From an uncultured bacterium (GTDB lineage Bacteria; Krumholzibacteriota; Krumholzibacteriia; LZORAL124-64-63), in assembly GCA_963732385.1 (NCBI GenBank), contig CAVSZB010000007.1, positions 320,001 to 384,000 of the forward strand: a stretch of 64,000 bases of DNA, in the 5' to 3' direction. Shown piece after piece: positions 39,294 through 49,800 of this stretch. Position 1 is the stretch's first letter, and each line of letters opens with the position of its first letter. The notes under the pieces are model-generated. The model was not told the origin of the DNA. It made no database searches and was given only the letters and a program-made list of their open reading frames with translations. Both the position numbers and the translations under genes were made by a program.

Positions 39294-42113
39294 ATGAAGC
39301 TTAGGCAATCGTGTCTCATCGCAATGCTGATCGTCAGCGCCTTGCTGGTGCCGCTCAGTCTTTTTGCGGCTGACAGGAGCAAGCTCAGCCCGCCTGCTCG
39401 CATCGCGCTGGCGCAGCTGCAGGGCGGGGCGTCTCCCCGCGACCTGATGCAGATGGGCGCCGGCGTCAACGAGGACGGCGATCTGGACGTGTTCATCCGC
39501 GGCACCGTCAGCCGGAGTGAGCTGGAAGCCGTCGGCGTCGTGGTGCGCAGCGAGATCCCGGGCGTTGTCTTCACCGCCTTCATCCCCGCCGCCGCTGTCA
39601 GTGCCGTCGAGGCGCTGCCGGGTGTCGAGCGGATCGATGGCGCGGTCAAGTACGAGGAGAACCTCAACGCCTCCGTACCAGTCACCATGGTCGACATCCA
39701 GCGCGCGGCCGGGCCGGGCTTCGCCGGAGCCAACGGCGCCGGCGTCCTGATCGGCGACATCGACTCGGGCATCAGCTATGCCCACGGCGACTTCGATGAT
39801 GCTGCCGGAAATACGCGCATCGTGCGCATCTGGGATCAGCTCACGGCGACCGGGCCCGCTCCCGCAGGCTTTGGCTACGGCACCGAGTACCTGCCGGCGG
39901 CCATCGATGCGGGCACGGCCCAGGGCAAGGATACGAATGGCCATGGCACGCATGTCATGGGCATCGCCGCGGGCGACGGGTCGCTCACCGGCGGCCTCAT
40001 CCCGGCCCACACCTATGTCGGCATGGCGCCCATGGCCGGCATCGTCGAGATCAAGTCGGACTACACCGACACGCACATTCTCGACGGCGCCGTGTACTTC
40101 TTCGGTCTGGCCGCCGCTCTGGGCCAGCCCGCCGTCCTGAACATTTCACTCGGCGGGCAGTACGGGCCGCACGACGGCACCGGGGCCCTCTCGGTCGGCC
40201 TCGACGCGCTGACCGGCCCGGGCAGGGCCATCTGCGTATCGGCGGGCAACGATGGCGGCACGACCTCTCCGCTGAGCCACCGGCACGCGAAGGTGCTCTA
40301 CGGCCCGACCTATCCAGCCTCCGTCAGCGCGGTGCTGACCCTTTCGGGCACCGGCGTCAACCGTATTGTTGGCGTTGACGGTGTTTACGACGCCGCCGAC
40401 GCGGTGTACGTCACGATCTCCCATCCGACCTACGGCTCGTTCGGCCCCTACGCGCTGGGCACCATCAACGCCGGTTATCCCGGCGTCCCGTTCGGTACCG
40501 GCGCCACCAAGGGTTATCTCTACGTCGAGAACGGCGCCGCCACGTTCGCCGGCGATCCGGAGATCTATGTCGAGATCCGCGCCGGCACAACCACGGGCTC
40601 GACCTTCAACGGCAACTGGACGTTCACGTTCCTGCCGGCGGCGCCCGCCGGCCCGGAGAACGGCCGGATCGACCTCTGGCAATTCTATACCAGCACGGGC
40701 GCTGTCGCTAATTTTTCCGCCGGGATCGATGACGCGGTCCTGCTCGGTGGCGACATCGCGACGGCCAACAATGTCATCACCTGCGGCGCGTGGATCACCA
40801 AGACCAGCTGGACGAACTGCGCCGGCCTCAACATCTCCTACGCCGTGACGACTCCGCCGACCACGGTGAATCTCCTGGCCGCCTTCTCGAGCAACGGCCC
40901 GACCCGCGATGGTCGCCTGAAGCCGGATATTGCGGCTCCCGGCCAGGGTATCGGCGCGGCGATGACGCAGGACACCTCCCTCGGGACCTGCACGACCACG
41001 AGCACGTTCTACAGCTACCTGAACGACAACATGAAGCACCAGATGCAGTCAGGCACCAGCATGGCCGCGCCGCATGTCACGGGGGCGGTGGCGCTGCTGT
41101 TCCAGAAGTTCGGGCCGCTGACCCGCGCCGAGATCATGTCGAAACTGGCCACGCTCGCGCTGGTCGATGGCAATACCGGCGCCGTGCCGAACAACAGCTG
41201 GGGCGTCGGCAAGTTGCGTGTCGATGTGACCGATCCGACCGCGACCGTCATCTACCCGAACAGCGCCGTGACCCTGGACATCGGCACCTCGGTGGACCTG
41301 ATCTGGACCGCCAGTGACCCGATCTGGAGCGGCGTTGCCAGCGTCGATCTCGAACTCTCGCGCGACAACGGCGCGAACTGGTCGACTCTGGTCTCGGGCA
41401 TCTCGAACACCGGCCTGTTCACCTGGACCCCGACCGCACCCACGACCACGCAGGCACTGCTGCGGGTTTCGGCTCACGACATGGTCGACAACATCGGCCG
41501 CGACGTGAGCGATGTTGCGTTCTCGATTCAGGAACCGGCGGTGGCGGTGGAGATGTCGCTCTTCAAGGCTGACAACACCGACAACGGCGTCCGGGTCTGC
41601 TGGACGTTCGTCGAGGCCTCGTACTTCGCCTCCTCCTGGGTGGAGCGCGCGAACAGCGGCACCAGCAGCTGGATCCGCATCGAAGCCCCGGTCGTCTCCT
41701 CGGCTGAAGGTTTCAGCGTGATCGATGCGACGGCCCAGCCCGGCACGGCCTACGTGTATCGCGTTGCGGCCACTACCGCGTCCGGCGAGACCGTCGCCTT
41801 CGAGCCCATCTCGATCACCGCCGCGAGCACGATCACGGAATTCGCCCTCGGGCAGGTCTGGCCGAACCCGACCAAAAACAGTTCCACGGTCAGTTTCAGC
41901 TTGCCGCGCGCGACGCACGTCGGCGTAAAGGTGATCGACGTTCGCGGTCGTCTGGTGACCACGCTCGTCGATGCCAACTACGCCCCGGGCCGCTACCAGG
42001 CGAGCTGGGACGGGCGCGGACGCGACGGCTCCACCGCGCCCAACGGTGTCTATTTCGTCCACCTCGTGACGCCGGACAAGCGGCTGGTCCAGCGCGTCAC
42101 CCTCGTGAGGTAG
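39294..42113 (+). CDS. Secreted S8 (subtilisin-like) serine protease with C-terminal FlgD-Ig/T9SS-like domain
   Basis: Signal peptide; catalytic IDSG, HGTHVMGIAAG, SAGN, SGTSMAAPHV; large insert; PNP...GRYQASWDGR...GVYF tail. Confidence 0.92.
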   Translation: MKLRQSCLIAMLIVSALLVPLSLFAADRSKLSPPARIALAQLQGGASPRDLMQMGAGVNEDGDLDVFIRGTVSRSELEAVGVVVRSEIPGVVFTAFIPAAAVSAVEALPGVERIDGAVKYEENLNASVPVTMVDIQRAAGPGFAGANGAGVLIGDIDSGISYAHGDFDDAAGNTRIVRIWDQLTATGPAPAGFGYGTEYLPAAIDAGTAQGKDTNGHGTHVMGIAAGDGSLTGGLIPAHTYVGMAPMAGIVEIKSDYTDTHILDGAVYFFGLAAALGQPAVLNISLGGQYGPHDGTGALSVGLDALTGPGRAICVSAGNDGGTTSPLSHRHAKVLYGPTYPASVSAVLTLSGTGVNRIVGVDGVYDAADAVYVTISHPTYGSFGPYALGTINAGYPGVPFGTGATKGYLYVENGAATFAGDPEIYVEIRAGTTTGSTFNGNWTFTFLPAAPAGPENGRIDLWQFYTSTGAVANFSAGIDDAVLLGGDIATANNVITCGAWITKTSWTNCAGLNISYAVTTPPTTVNLLAAFSSNGPTRDGRLKPDIAAPGQGIGAAMTQDTSLGTCTTTSTFYSYLNDNMKHQMQSGTSMAAPHVTGAVALLFQKFGPLTRAEIMSKLATLALVDGNTGAVPNNSWGVGKLRVDVTDPTATVIYPNSAVTLDIGTSVDLIWTASDPIWSGVASVDLELSRDNGANWSTLVSGISNTGLFTWTPTAPTTTQALLRVSAHDMVDNIGRDVSDVAFSIQEPAVAVEMSLFKADNTDNGVRVCWTFVEASYFASSWVERANSGTSSWIRIEAPVVSSAEGFSVIDATAQPGTAYVYRVAATTASGETVAFEPISITAASTITEFALGQVWPNPTKNSSTVSFSLPRATHVGVKVIDVRGRLVTTLVDANYAPGRYQASWDGRGRDGSTAPNGVYFVHLVTPDKRLVQRVTLVR

Positions 42114-42136
42114 GCGCGGTCAGGAGCAAGGCTTTC

Positions 42137-42176
42137 AACGCAGCGGGCCCCGGTGAGAGCCGGGGCCCGCTGCGTT
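42137..42176. terminator. Bidirectional hairpin terminator between the convergent protease gene and ssnA
   Basis: AACGCAGCGGGCCCCGG-TGAGAG-CCGGGGCCCGCTGCGTT, 17-bp perfect stem. Confidence 0.8.
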
Positions 42177-42206
42177 ACTTCCCAGGCGCCAGGGGAATCT
42201 CCTGTC

Positions 42207-43529
42207 CTATTTCCTCTCCTCCATGCGCTGCCATAACCGTCGCGTTTCCGCCCTGGCGCGCGCCGCGATAACCCCGGCGTCGAAGAGCGGCTGCCTGTTC
42301 CTGACGATGAATCTTCCCGCGACCATGGTCGATGCGACCAGCCGTGAGCTCATGCCGAACGCGACGTGCCCGGCCACGTTGCCGCTCTCGAGCGGCGTCG
42401 GCGGGTCGTAATCCCAGAACGTCAGGTCCGCCTCGTAGCCGGGCTCGATCCGCCCGAAGCGCCGGCCCGGGAAATAGCGATCGAGGAGCCGGTTGCCGTT
42501 CTGGAGCATTTCGAGGTACGCGTCCATCCAGCGCGAGCCGCCGGCGTCCTTGTGCTTGAAGAAGGCGAAATTGGCCTCCTCGAGCATGTCGGAGCCGATG
42601 CCGTCGGTGCCGAGCACGGCGTTGCGGTACTGGCCTATACGGTCGTTGTAGCCGACACAGTTGTTCATGTTGGAGCGGGCGTTGTGGGCCAGGAAGGAGT
42701 CGCGAGTGTTGACCAGCTCGGTCTCGTCCGGCGTCAGGAACAGGCCGTGGCCGAGGATGGTCCGCGGACCGAGCAGGCCGGCGTCGTCGAGGCGGACGCA
42801 GATGTCCTTGCCGAAGCGGTGGCGCGAGTCGACGGCGTCGTACCGGTCCTCGGCCACGTGGATATGGAGGCCGCGGCCGGTCGAACTGCAGGCCGCCGCG
42901 AGCGCGGCGAGGGTTTCGTCGCCGACGGTGAACGGCGCGTGGGCGCCGATCGCGGCATCGACCAGCGGGGCGGCGCCGGCCTTGCGCCCGGCGTCGACCT
43001 TCCGTGCGAAGCGTTCGTTCTCGCGCACCCCGGCCCGCGCCCCCTCCATCCCGTTGCGGTCGGTCGTCTCGTAGCACAGCACGCCGCGCAGGCCGATGGT
43101 GTCGAAGCCCTCGCGCAGGACGTCGAGCGAGCCGTCGATGAATTCGGGGCTGGCGTGATGGTCGATTACCGAGGTGACGCCGACCATGGCGGCGTCTGCG
43201 GCTCCGGCAAGGCCGCTCGCCCGGACGATCCCTTCGTCGAGGGCTCGGTCCAGGCGCCACCACAGGTTCCGAAGCTGCTGGGCGAAGTCCCGGCTCGGCT
43301 GGATGCCCACCATCAGCCCCCGCGCGAGCGCCGAGTAGAAGTGATTGTGCGCGCAGACAAGGCCAGGGCTGACGTAGCCGCCGGGCGAGAGTCGCTCGGC
43401 TCCGGCGTGCTTCGCCGCGAGTCCCGATCCGACCGCGACGATCTTGCCGCCGTCGATCGCGATGTCCTGCGGCTCGGAGACGGAGCCGGGATGGAAATGG
43501 AGGACGCGGACGTTCTCTACGACGATCAT
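42207..43529 (-). CDS. ssnA: Amidohydrolase SsnA
   Basis: PGLVCAHNHFYSALARG, LWWRLDRALD, GVTSVIDHHASP, GAHAPFT, HIHVAED, HNARSNMNN.VG, LGTDG; coupled to ygfK. Confidence 0.9.
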   Translation of the reverse strand: MIVVENVRVLHFHPGSVSEPQDIAIDGGKIVAVGSGLAAKHAGAERLSPGGYVSPGLVCAHNHFYSALARGLMVGIQPSRDFAQQLRNLWWRLDRALDEGIVRASGLAGAADAAMVGVTSVIDHHASPEFIDGSLDVLREGFDTIGLRGVLCYETTDRNGMEGARAGVRENERFARKVDAGRKAGAAPLVDAAIGAHAPFTVGDETLAALAAACSSTGRGLHIHVAEDRYDAVDSRHRFGKDICVRLDDAGLLGPRTILGHGLFLTPDETELVNTRDSFLAHNARSNMNNCVGYNDRIGQYRNAVLGTDGIGSDMLEEANFAFFKHKDAGGSRWMDAYLEMLQNGNRLLDRYFPGRRFGRIEPGYEADLTFWDYDPPTPLESGNVAGHVAFGMSSRLVASTMVAGRFIVRNRQPLFDAGVIAARARAETRRLWQRMEERK

Positions 43530-46500
43530 GCCTTGCCTCCGGCCAGCAGGTAGCGGTGCGTATCGTGGATGGTCCTGGCGATCGTCAGCAGGGCGGAACC
43601 GGCCGCGGCCCGGTTCCAGTCCGCGAAGACATGGGTCGTCACAGCGGCCTGCTTGCCCGTCTCGCCGCGCACGACCAGCGTCGGGGCGGCGGCCGGGCCG
43701 GTGAACGCGAAGCCGGCGTTGTTGCTGACGCGCAGCGACGCCTCATCTCGGAACAGGGTCGGTTTGCCCGCGTACGGCTGGCCGTCGTAGGGGCAGAAGA
43801 AGCCGCAGTTGCCGCACTCGTTGCACAGATCGTCCACGTGGACGATCTGGATCGCCTGCGCCAGCGCATCGCCGGAAACGACCGGGAGCGCGATGTTGGC
43901 CCGGTTCGGGCAGACCTCGACGCAGCGCAGGCAGGCGGCATCGCACGCCAGACAACGCTCGGCTTCCCGCCCGGCGAAATCCGGATGGTCGGTCGGCAGG
44001 CCGTGCAGGATCTCCCCGCGCCGCGACAGCTTAGCGTAATCGGGAGCGCCGGGCGCCGACGGCTCGGGCGCCGGCTCGAGGCCGGCCGCGCGGAGGATGG
44101 CGCCGGCGGCGAGTCGTCCATCGGCCACGCCGGCGATGATGCTCGCGGGGCCGCGCCGGGCATCGCCGGCGGCGTAGATTCCGGGCGCCGTGGTCGCCAT
44201 CGTCCGCGCGTCGACGAGCGGGCGGCCGTCCCTGCCGACCTGCGCGCCCAGCCCCTCGAACAGGGTCCGATCGGGGCGCTCCCCCACCGCCGCGATCAGG
44301 AGATCGCACGGCATCTCGCTCACGCGCGGGGTCGGCACCGGAGCGCGTCGTCCCGACGCGTCGGGCTCGCCGAGCTCCATCTCGCGCACGCGGAGCCTGG
44401 GGAGGTCGCCGCCGCAGGCAGGAATGATGCCTTCAGGCTGGAACAACTCGGCGTACGTCACGCCGTCGGCCAGCGCGGCTTCGAATTCCTCGCGGTCGGC
44501 CGGCATCTCGGCGAGCGAGCGACGGTAGAGGATGCTCACGCGGGGCTTGCCGGGCAGTCGCGCTGCGACGCGGGCCGCGTCCATGGCGGTGTTGCCGCCG
44601 CCGATGACGACGACCGCCTGATGACCGTCGAACCCGCCCCTGTACGCGTGGGCTGCGCCCAGGAACTCGAGCGCGTCCACGACGCGCAGGCCCGTGCCTT
44701 CGAGCGGCAGTTCGCGCGGCACCGGCGCCCCGGTGGCCACGACGACGGCCGTGTAGCCGGCCGTCCTGAGCGCGGCGACATCGATCGCGCCCGGGTGGCT
44801 GAAAACGAACTCGGCGCCGAGCGCCTTGATCCGGTCGACATCGGCCGCGATGTCTTCATGGCTGATGCGGAAATCCGGAATCACGTTCGCCGGCACGCCG
44901 CCCGGGTCGGCGGCCGTGTCGAACACGGTCACGGGGTAGCCTTCGAGGGCGAGATAGTGGGCGCACGCGAGCCCCGCGGGGCCGGCGCCGAACACGGCGG
45001 CCTTCCCCTTGCCGGCCACGGGCGCCGGCCTGGCCGGAGGCAGCTGCGCCGCGCGGGCGCAGGCCAGCTTCATCGCCCGGATCTCCACGGATCCTTCATA
45101 GTCGACGCGCGAGCAGGCATACTTGCACTGGTGATCGCACAGGAGGCCGGTGATGTGCGGCAGAGGATTGTCGGCCAGGACGATCGCCAGGGCCCGCTTC
45201 GGATCCCCGGCGGCCAGGGCCTTAATGTAGGCGGGCGGCCGCTGCCCGGCCGCGCAGGCCTCGACGCACGGGGCGGCGAAACAGTCCGTCAGCGGCAGGC
45301 TCCTGCGGATCTTCGCTTCGCCCCGCTTGAAGTCGCCGCGGTAGGCGGAATCCGTGAGCGCCGCGTTGGCCAGCGCCGCGAGCCTGACGGCATCGGGGCG
45401 GGCCGGCACCCCCGCGTCGAGCGCGCGGACCGCCTCGCGGGCGAGCGGCTCGAGCCGCAGGTACCCGCCCGGCTTCAGGATGTCGGTCGCCACGGTCAAC
45501 GGGCCGAGGCCGGCGGCCAGACAGGCGAACGCGTTGTGGGCGCCGGCGCCGCCGCAGTACGAGAACGCCGGCACATCCGGCAGCGCGGCGGCGAGCCGGG
45601 CCGCAAGGCGCGTCGTGATCGGGAACAGCGGGCGGCCCGACATATAGCGTTCGCCGCCCGGCATGCGCGCGCCGTCGTTGACGTTCGCCAGCGTGTTGGA
45701 CAGCTTGACGCCGAAGCGCACCCCCCGCGCGGCCGCCTTGCCCCGCAGTGATGCCACCAGACCCAGGGCCGCGTCGAACTGCAGATCGTGCTCAAAGCCG
45801 GGGCGCTCGATGATGATCCTCTGCCATCCGGTCACATCGAGGATGCCGCGCACTTCGTCGTAGCCCAGCAGGGTAGGATTGAGCTTCACATACGCGTCGA
45901 AGCCCTTCTCTTCCATCAGATAGGCGCCGATGCGCTCGATCTCGGCGGGCGGGCACCCGTGCATCGTCGACAGGGTGACCGAATGCACCGGGGCCGTCGG
46001 CACCGCGCGGACCGCCTCGCGCGCCCGCGCCGCCCCCGCCACCCCGAACGCCTGCGCAAACGCCGGCGCGTCCACCGCGGCCGCGGCCTCGCGCAGCGAC
46101 GTCTCCCAGATCGGCGTGCCGGCCGGCGCGCGCATGCCCTCGATGAAGGCGTCCATCTTCGCGCCCTTGATGCCGTCGAGCGTATAGCCCACCGACAGGT
46201 TGAACATCACGGCGCCTGACCGGTCAGACAGCGCCGCGCGCAACACGTGGATCGCGATCCAGCCGCGCAGGTACTCCGCCCGCGCCTCGTCGAGCAGCAG
46301 CTCCGTCGACCACTCGACGTTGTGCCCCTCGTCGAGCACGTCGATGCACGGCTTCGCGATGTCCAGCCGGTCGTTCTCCTGCACGGTCTTGAGTTCGAAG
46401 ACACGCGATCCCGCGAGCCAGGCGGCAACGAGGTTCGGGGCGATCTGCGTATGGGGGCCGGCGGCCGGGCCGACCGGCAGCCCGATCGTCAGCCCGTTCA

Positions 46501-46648
46501 CAGAGAAACCGGGCGACCGCCTCTCGATCTCCAGGACCCGCCGCACCAGCGCTCCCGGAATGTCATACGCGCCATCGCGCGCCGTCCACTCGCCAACGAT
46601 GCGAGCCATCAGTTCGCTCATCGGGAGCGCTTTCATGATCTTGCTCAC
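43526..46648 (-). CDS. ygfK: YgfK oxidoreductase (annotated putative selenate reductase subunit; Fe-S flavoprotein)
   Basis: GPAAGPHTQ, ELKTVQ, KPCID..DEG.NVEWSTEL, TLSTMHGCPPAEIE, KLNPTLLG, GltD-like GAGPAG/GGGNTAMD, C-terminal ferredoxin Cys motifs; GTG start with GGAGGT RBS. Confidence 0.93.
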   Translation of the reverse strand: MSKIMKALPMSELMARIVGEWTARDGAYDIPGALVRRVLEIERRSPGFSVNGLTIGLPVGPAAGPHTQIAPNLVAAWLAGSRVFELKTVQENDRLDIAKPCIDVLDEGHNVEWSTELLLDEARAEYLRGWIAIHVLRAALSDRSGAVMFNLSVGYTLDGIKGAKMDAFIEGMRAPAGTPIWETSLREAAAAVDAPAFAQAFGVAGAARAREAVRAVPTAPVHSVTLSTMHGCPPAEIERIGAYLMEEKGFDAYVKLNPTLLGYDEVRGILDVTGWQRIIIERPGFEHDLQFDAALGLVASLRGKAAARGVRFGVKLSNTLANVNDGARMPGGERYMSGRPLFPITTRLAARLAAALPDVPAFSYCGGAGAHNAFACLAAGLGPLTVATDILKPGGYLRLEPLAREAVRALDAGVPARPDAVRLAALANAALTDSAYRGDFKRGEAKIRRSLPLTDCFAAPCVEACAAGQRPPAYIKALAAGDPKRALAIVLADNPLPHITGLLCDHQCKYACSRVDYEGSVEIRAMKLACARAAQLPPARPAPVAGKGKAAVFGAGPAGLACAHYLALEGYPVTVFDTAADPGGVPANVIPDFRISHEDIAADVDRIKALGAEFVFSHPGAIDVAALRTAGYTAVVVATGAPVPRELPLEGTGLRVVDALEFLGAAHAYRGGFDGHQAVVVIGGGNTAMDAARVAARLPGKPRVSILYRRSLAEMPADREEFEAALADGVTYAELFQPEGIIPACGGDLPRLRVREMELGEPDASGRRAPVPTPRVSEMPCDLLIAAVGERPDRTLFEGLGAQVGRDGRPLVDARTMATTAPGIYAAGDARRGPASIIAGVADGRLAAGAILRAAGLEPAPEPSAPGAPDYAKLSRRGEILHGLPTDHPDFAGREAERCLACDAACLRCVEVCPNRANIALPVVSGDALAQAIQIVHVDDLCNECGNCGFFCPYDGQPYAGKPTLFRDEASLRVSNNAGFAFTGPAAAPTLVVRGETGKQAAVTTHVFADWNRAAAGSALLTIARTIHDTHRYLLAGGKA

Positions 46649-46850
46649 CGGGACCTCCATCGGAGATGCTTTGCGAAGCGGATCCTGGCCGGGGCGCGCG
46701 GGACGGAAAAATCAGGAGCCGCGGGGCGCCTCCCGTCGCGATGTCCGGCCGGAGCAGATTGTACCCCTGATGCGACGGCGCGGCCAGCCCGGCACTTTGC
46801 GGGCCGGCGCCGTCCGCGCAACGGTGCGCCGGAACCCCCGACCCAGTCGC

Positions 46851-49800
46851 TCAGAAAGCGCACCGGGCTTCGAGGGCTTTGGCGATCGATGTCGTGAGCG
46901 TTTCCGATCTTACCGGCTTGGTCACGTAGTCGTCCATCCCGGCCTGCAGGCAGCGATCGCGGTCGCCCTCGAGGGTATGGGCGGTCAGGGCGATGATGGG
47001 CAGGTGGCGGATCGCGGTTCTTGAGCTGCGGATCCTGGCGGTAGCCTCGAAGCCGTCCATCACCGGCATCTGGATGTCCATCAGCACGAGGTCGAAAGTT
47101 TCCCTTTCCAACGCGGTCAGAGCTTCCTGACCATTGCCGACCACCGTCACGGCATAACCAGCACGCCGGAGGATTCCGGAGGCGACCTTCTGGTTGAGCG
47201 GGATGTCCTCAGCCAGCAGGATCCGCCGCGCGCTCGCTTCATCGCGCGGGTCATTGCCGCCGGCGCTGACGACGGGGGTCACGACCGCGTCCGGCGCAAA
47301 GACCGGGCGCTCGAGCGGCTGCCCGAGCTCGAACCAGACGTGGAAGCGGACGCTTGTGCCGCGGCCGAACTCGCTGGTGACCGCGATGTCGCCACGCATC
47401 ATCCTCAGCAGCTTCTGGCAGAGGGACAGGCCGATGCCGGTGCCGCCGTGGTCGCGGGTGTACGAGCCGTCCACCTGGCGGAAGCTGTCGAAGATGCTCG
47501 GCAGGTGCGCGGCGGGGATGCCGATGCCGGTGTCGCCGACCGCGAACTCCAGGCAAAGCCGCGGGATGGCCGCGTCGCCGGTCTCGCCGGCAGGGGGTTG
47601 CGCGTCCGGGCGGGCGCCGATGCGGATCGCGATCTCTCCCCGCGTGGTGAACTTGACCGCGTTGCCGACCACCTGCTGCAAAACCTGCTGCAGCCCGTCA
47701 CGGTCGCCCTTCAGGCTGGCCGGCAGGCCGGGGTCGAGTTCCAGCCGCCAATCGAGTCCCTTGGCGCGGGCCTGCGTCTCCAGTGGTCCGGTCGTCTCGG
47801 ACAGCAGGGCGGGCAGGTCGAAGTCGCGCTCGACGAAGTCGAGGCAGCCGGCCTCGATCCGCGAGAAGGCGAGGATGTTGTTCATGATCTCCAGCAGCGA
47901 ATCGGCCGACTCCCGGACGAACTCCAGTTGCTCGCGCTGCTCCGCCGTGAGCTCGGAATCGAGCGTCAGATCGGTCATGCCGATGATGCCGTTCATCGGC
48001 GTGCGGAACTCGTGGCTGATGTTAGCCAGGAACTCGCTCTTGACCTGATTCGCCTGCCGCGCCGCCTCCATGGCGCCGCGCATAGCCTCCTCGGCCCGCT
48101 TGCGGTCGTCGACCTCCCGGCAAAGCGCGGCGTTACGCAGGCGGAAGGAGCGGGTGCGCAGCCGGTGCACCGCGACGAGCAGACCGATCAGGAGGCCCAG
48201 GGCGGCGGCGCGGAACCAGGCGGTCTGCCAGAACGGCGGTGCGATGGTCAGCCGCAGGGTTCGGCCCTCGCTGTTCCAGACGCCGTCGCTGTTGGCCGCC
48301 TTGACCCGGAACGTGTAATGCCCGGGCGGCAGGCCGGTGTAGGTGGCGAAGCGTCGCTGGCCGGCCTGGTTCCAGTCCTTGTCGAAGCCCTCCATCATGT
48401 AGGCGTAGCGGTTCTCCGTCGGTGAGACGAAGTGCAGCGCGGCGAAGTCGAACGCGAAAAAGTTCTGGTCGTGCGCGAGGGTGATGGCTTCGGTGGCGAA
48501 GATGGCTCGCTCGAGCAGGACCCTGTCGCCGTACTTCCTGCCGACGCCGACCGTCTGGTTGAAGAGCTGGAAGCCGGTCAACACGACCGCCGGCGGGTGC
48601 GGGTTGTCGACGATCTGCTGCGGGTAGAAGGCGTTGAAACCGTTGATGCCCCCAAAGAGCATCTCGCCCCCGCGCGTCTGCGTGAAGGCGCCGCCGTTAA
48701 ACTCGTTGCTCTGCAGCCCGTCGCGGACGTCGTAGCTGCGACAGGTCCCGGCGCTGGGATCGAAGCGGGCCAGCCCCAGGTTCGTGCTCAGCCAGAGACA
48801 GCCGCCGCGATCCTCGAGGATGCCGTAGACCGCGTTGCTGGGCAGCCCGTCGCGAATGGTGTAGCTGGCGAACGTTCCGGCCGCGCGGTCGAAGAGATTG
48901 AGGCCTCCGGCGAACGTCCCGATCCAGAGCCGGTCTGACGCATCCCTGTGGATCGAGAAGACATGATCCTCGCTCAGGGTCGTCGAATCGCCCGGGTCGT
49001 TGCGGAAGTGCGTGAACCGTCCGGTGCGGCGGTCGAGGCGGTTCAGGCCGCCCCCCTCGGTGCCGACCCAAAGCGCCTCGCCCACCTCGTCGGGGTCCTC
49101 GTAGATGACGCGCACGATGTCGAAGCTCAGGCTGGCCGGATTGGCGGGGTCGTGCCGGAAGTGCGTGAAGACGCCGGTCCGGCGATCCAGGCAGTCGAGG
49201 CCGCCGCCGTAGGTGCCGATCCAGAGCAGGCCCGCCCGGTCCTCATAGAGCGCGCGGATCCGGTTCTCGGCCAGGCTGCGCGGATCGGCGGGATCGTTCA
49301 GGTAGCGCGTGAACCGGCCGGTGGCGCGGTCGAGGCGGTCGAGGCCGCCGCCGTTGGTGCCGAACCAGAGCTCCGAATCGCGGTCCTCAAGGATGCAGCG
49401 GACGATGTCGCAGCTCAGGGAGGTCGGGTCGCGCGGGTCGTTGCGGTACCTGGCCAACAGGCGCAGATGAGGGTCGAAGCAGTCGATGCCGCCGGTGTGC
49501 GTGCCGACCCAGAGGTTTCCGGACCGGTCCTCCTGCAGCGCCCACACGGTGGGGTTGGCGAGTCCGCCCGGTCCGGCGCGTACGTGAGCGAACGGCTTGG
49601 TCTCGAGGACGGTCTTGCCGACGCCCTGGCTGTAGGTGCCGACCCAGAGGCAGCCGGACCGATCCGCCAGCAGGCTCAGGATTTCGTCGGAGCGCGGCGA
49701 GGCCGGGTCGGCCGGGTCCGCGCGATAGTGGCTGAAGCGGCCCGCACGCGGGTCGAAGCGATCCAGGCCGCCACTGCGGGTGCCGGCCCAGAGAAAGCCC

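Noticed and set aside
42670..42680. TTGGAGCGGGC as the second att copy of the tRNA-Gly 3' end
   Set aside because: Only 11 bp and inside the intact ssnA coding sequence; consistent with chance
43526..46648. Selenoprotein or selenate respiration implied by the ygfK/ssnA names
   Set aside because: No in-frame TGA, no sel genes and no molybdopterin subunit in the window; the names are historical annotations
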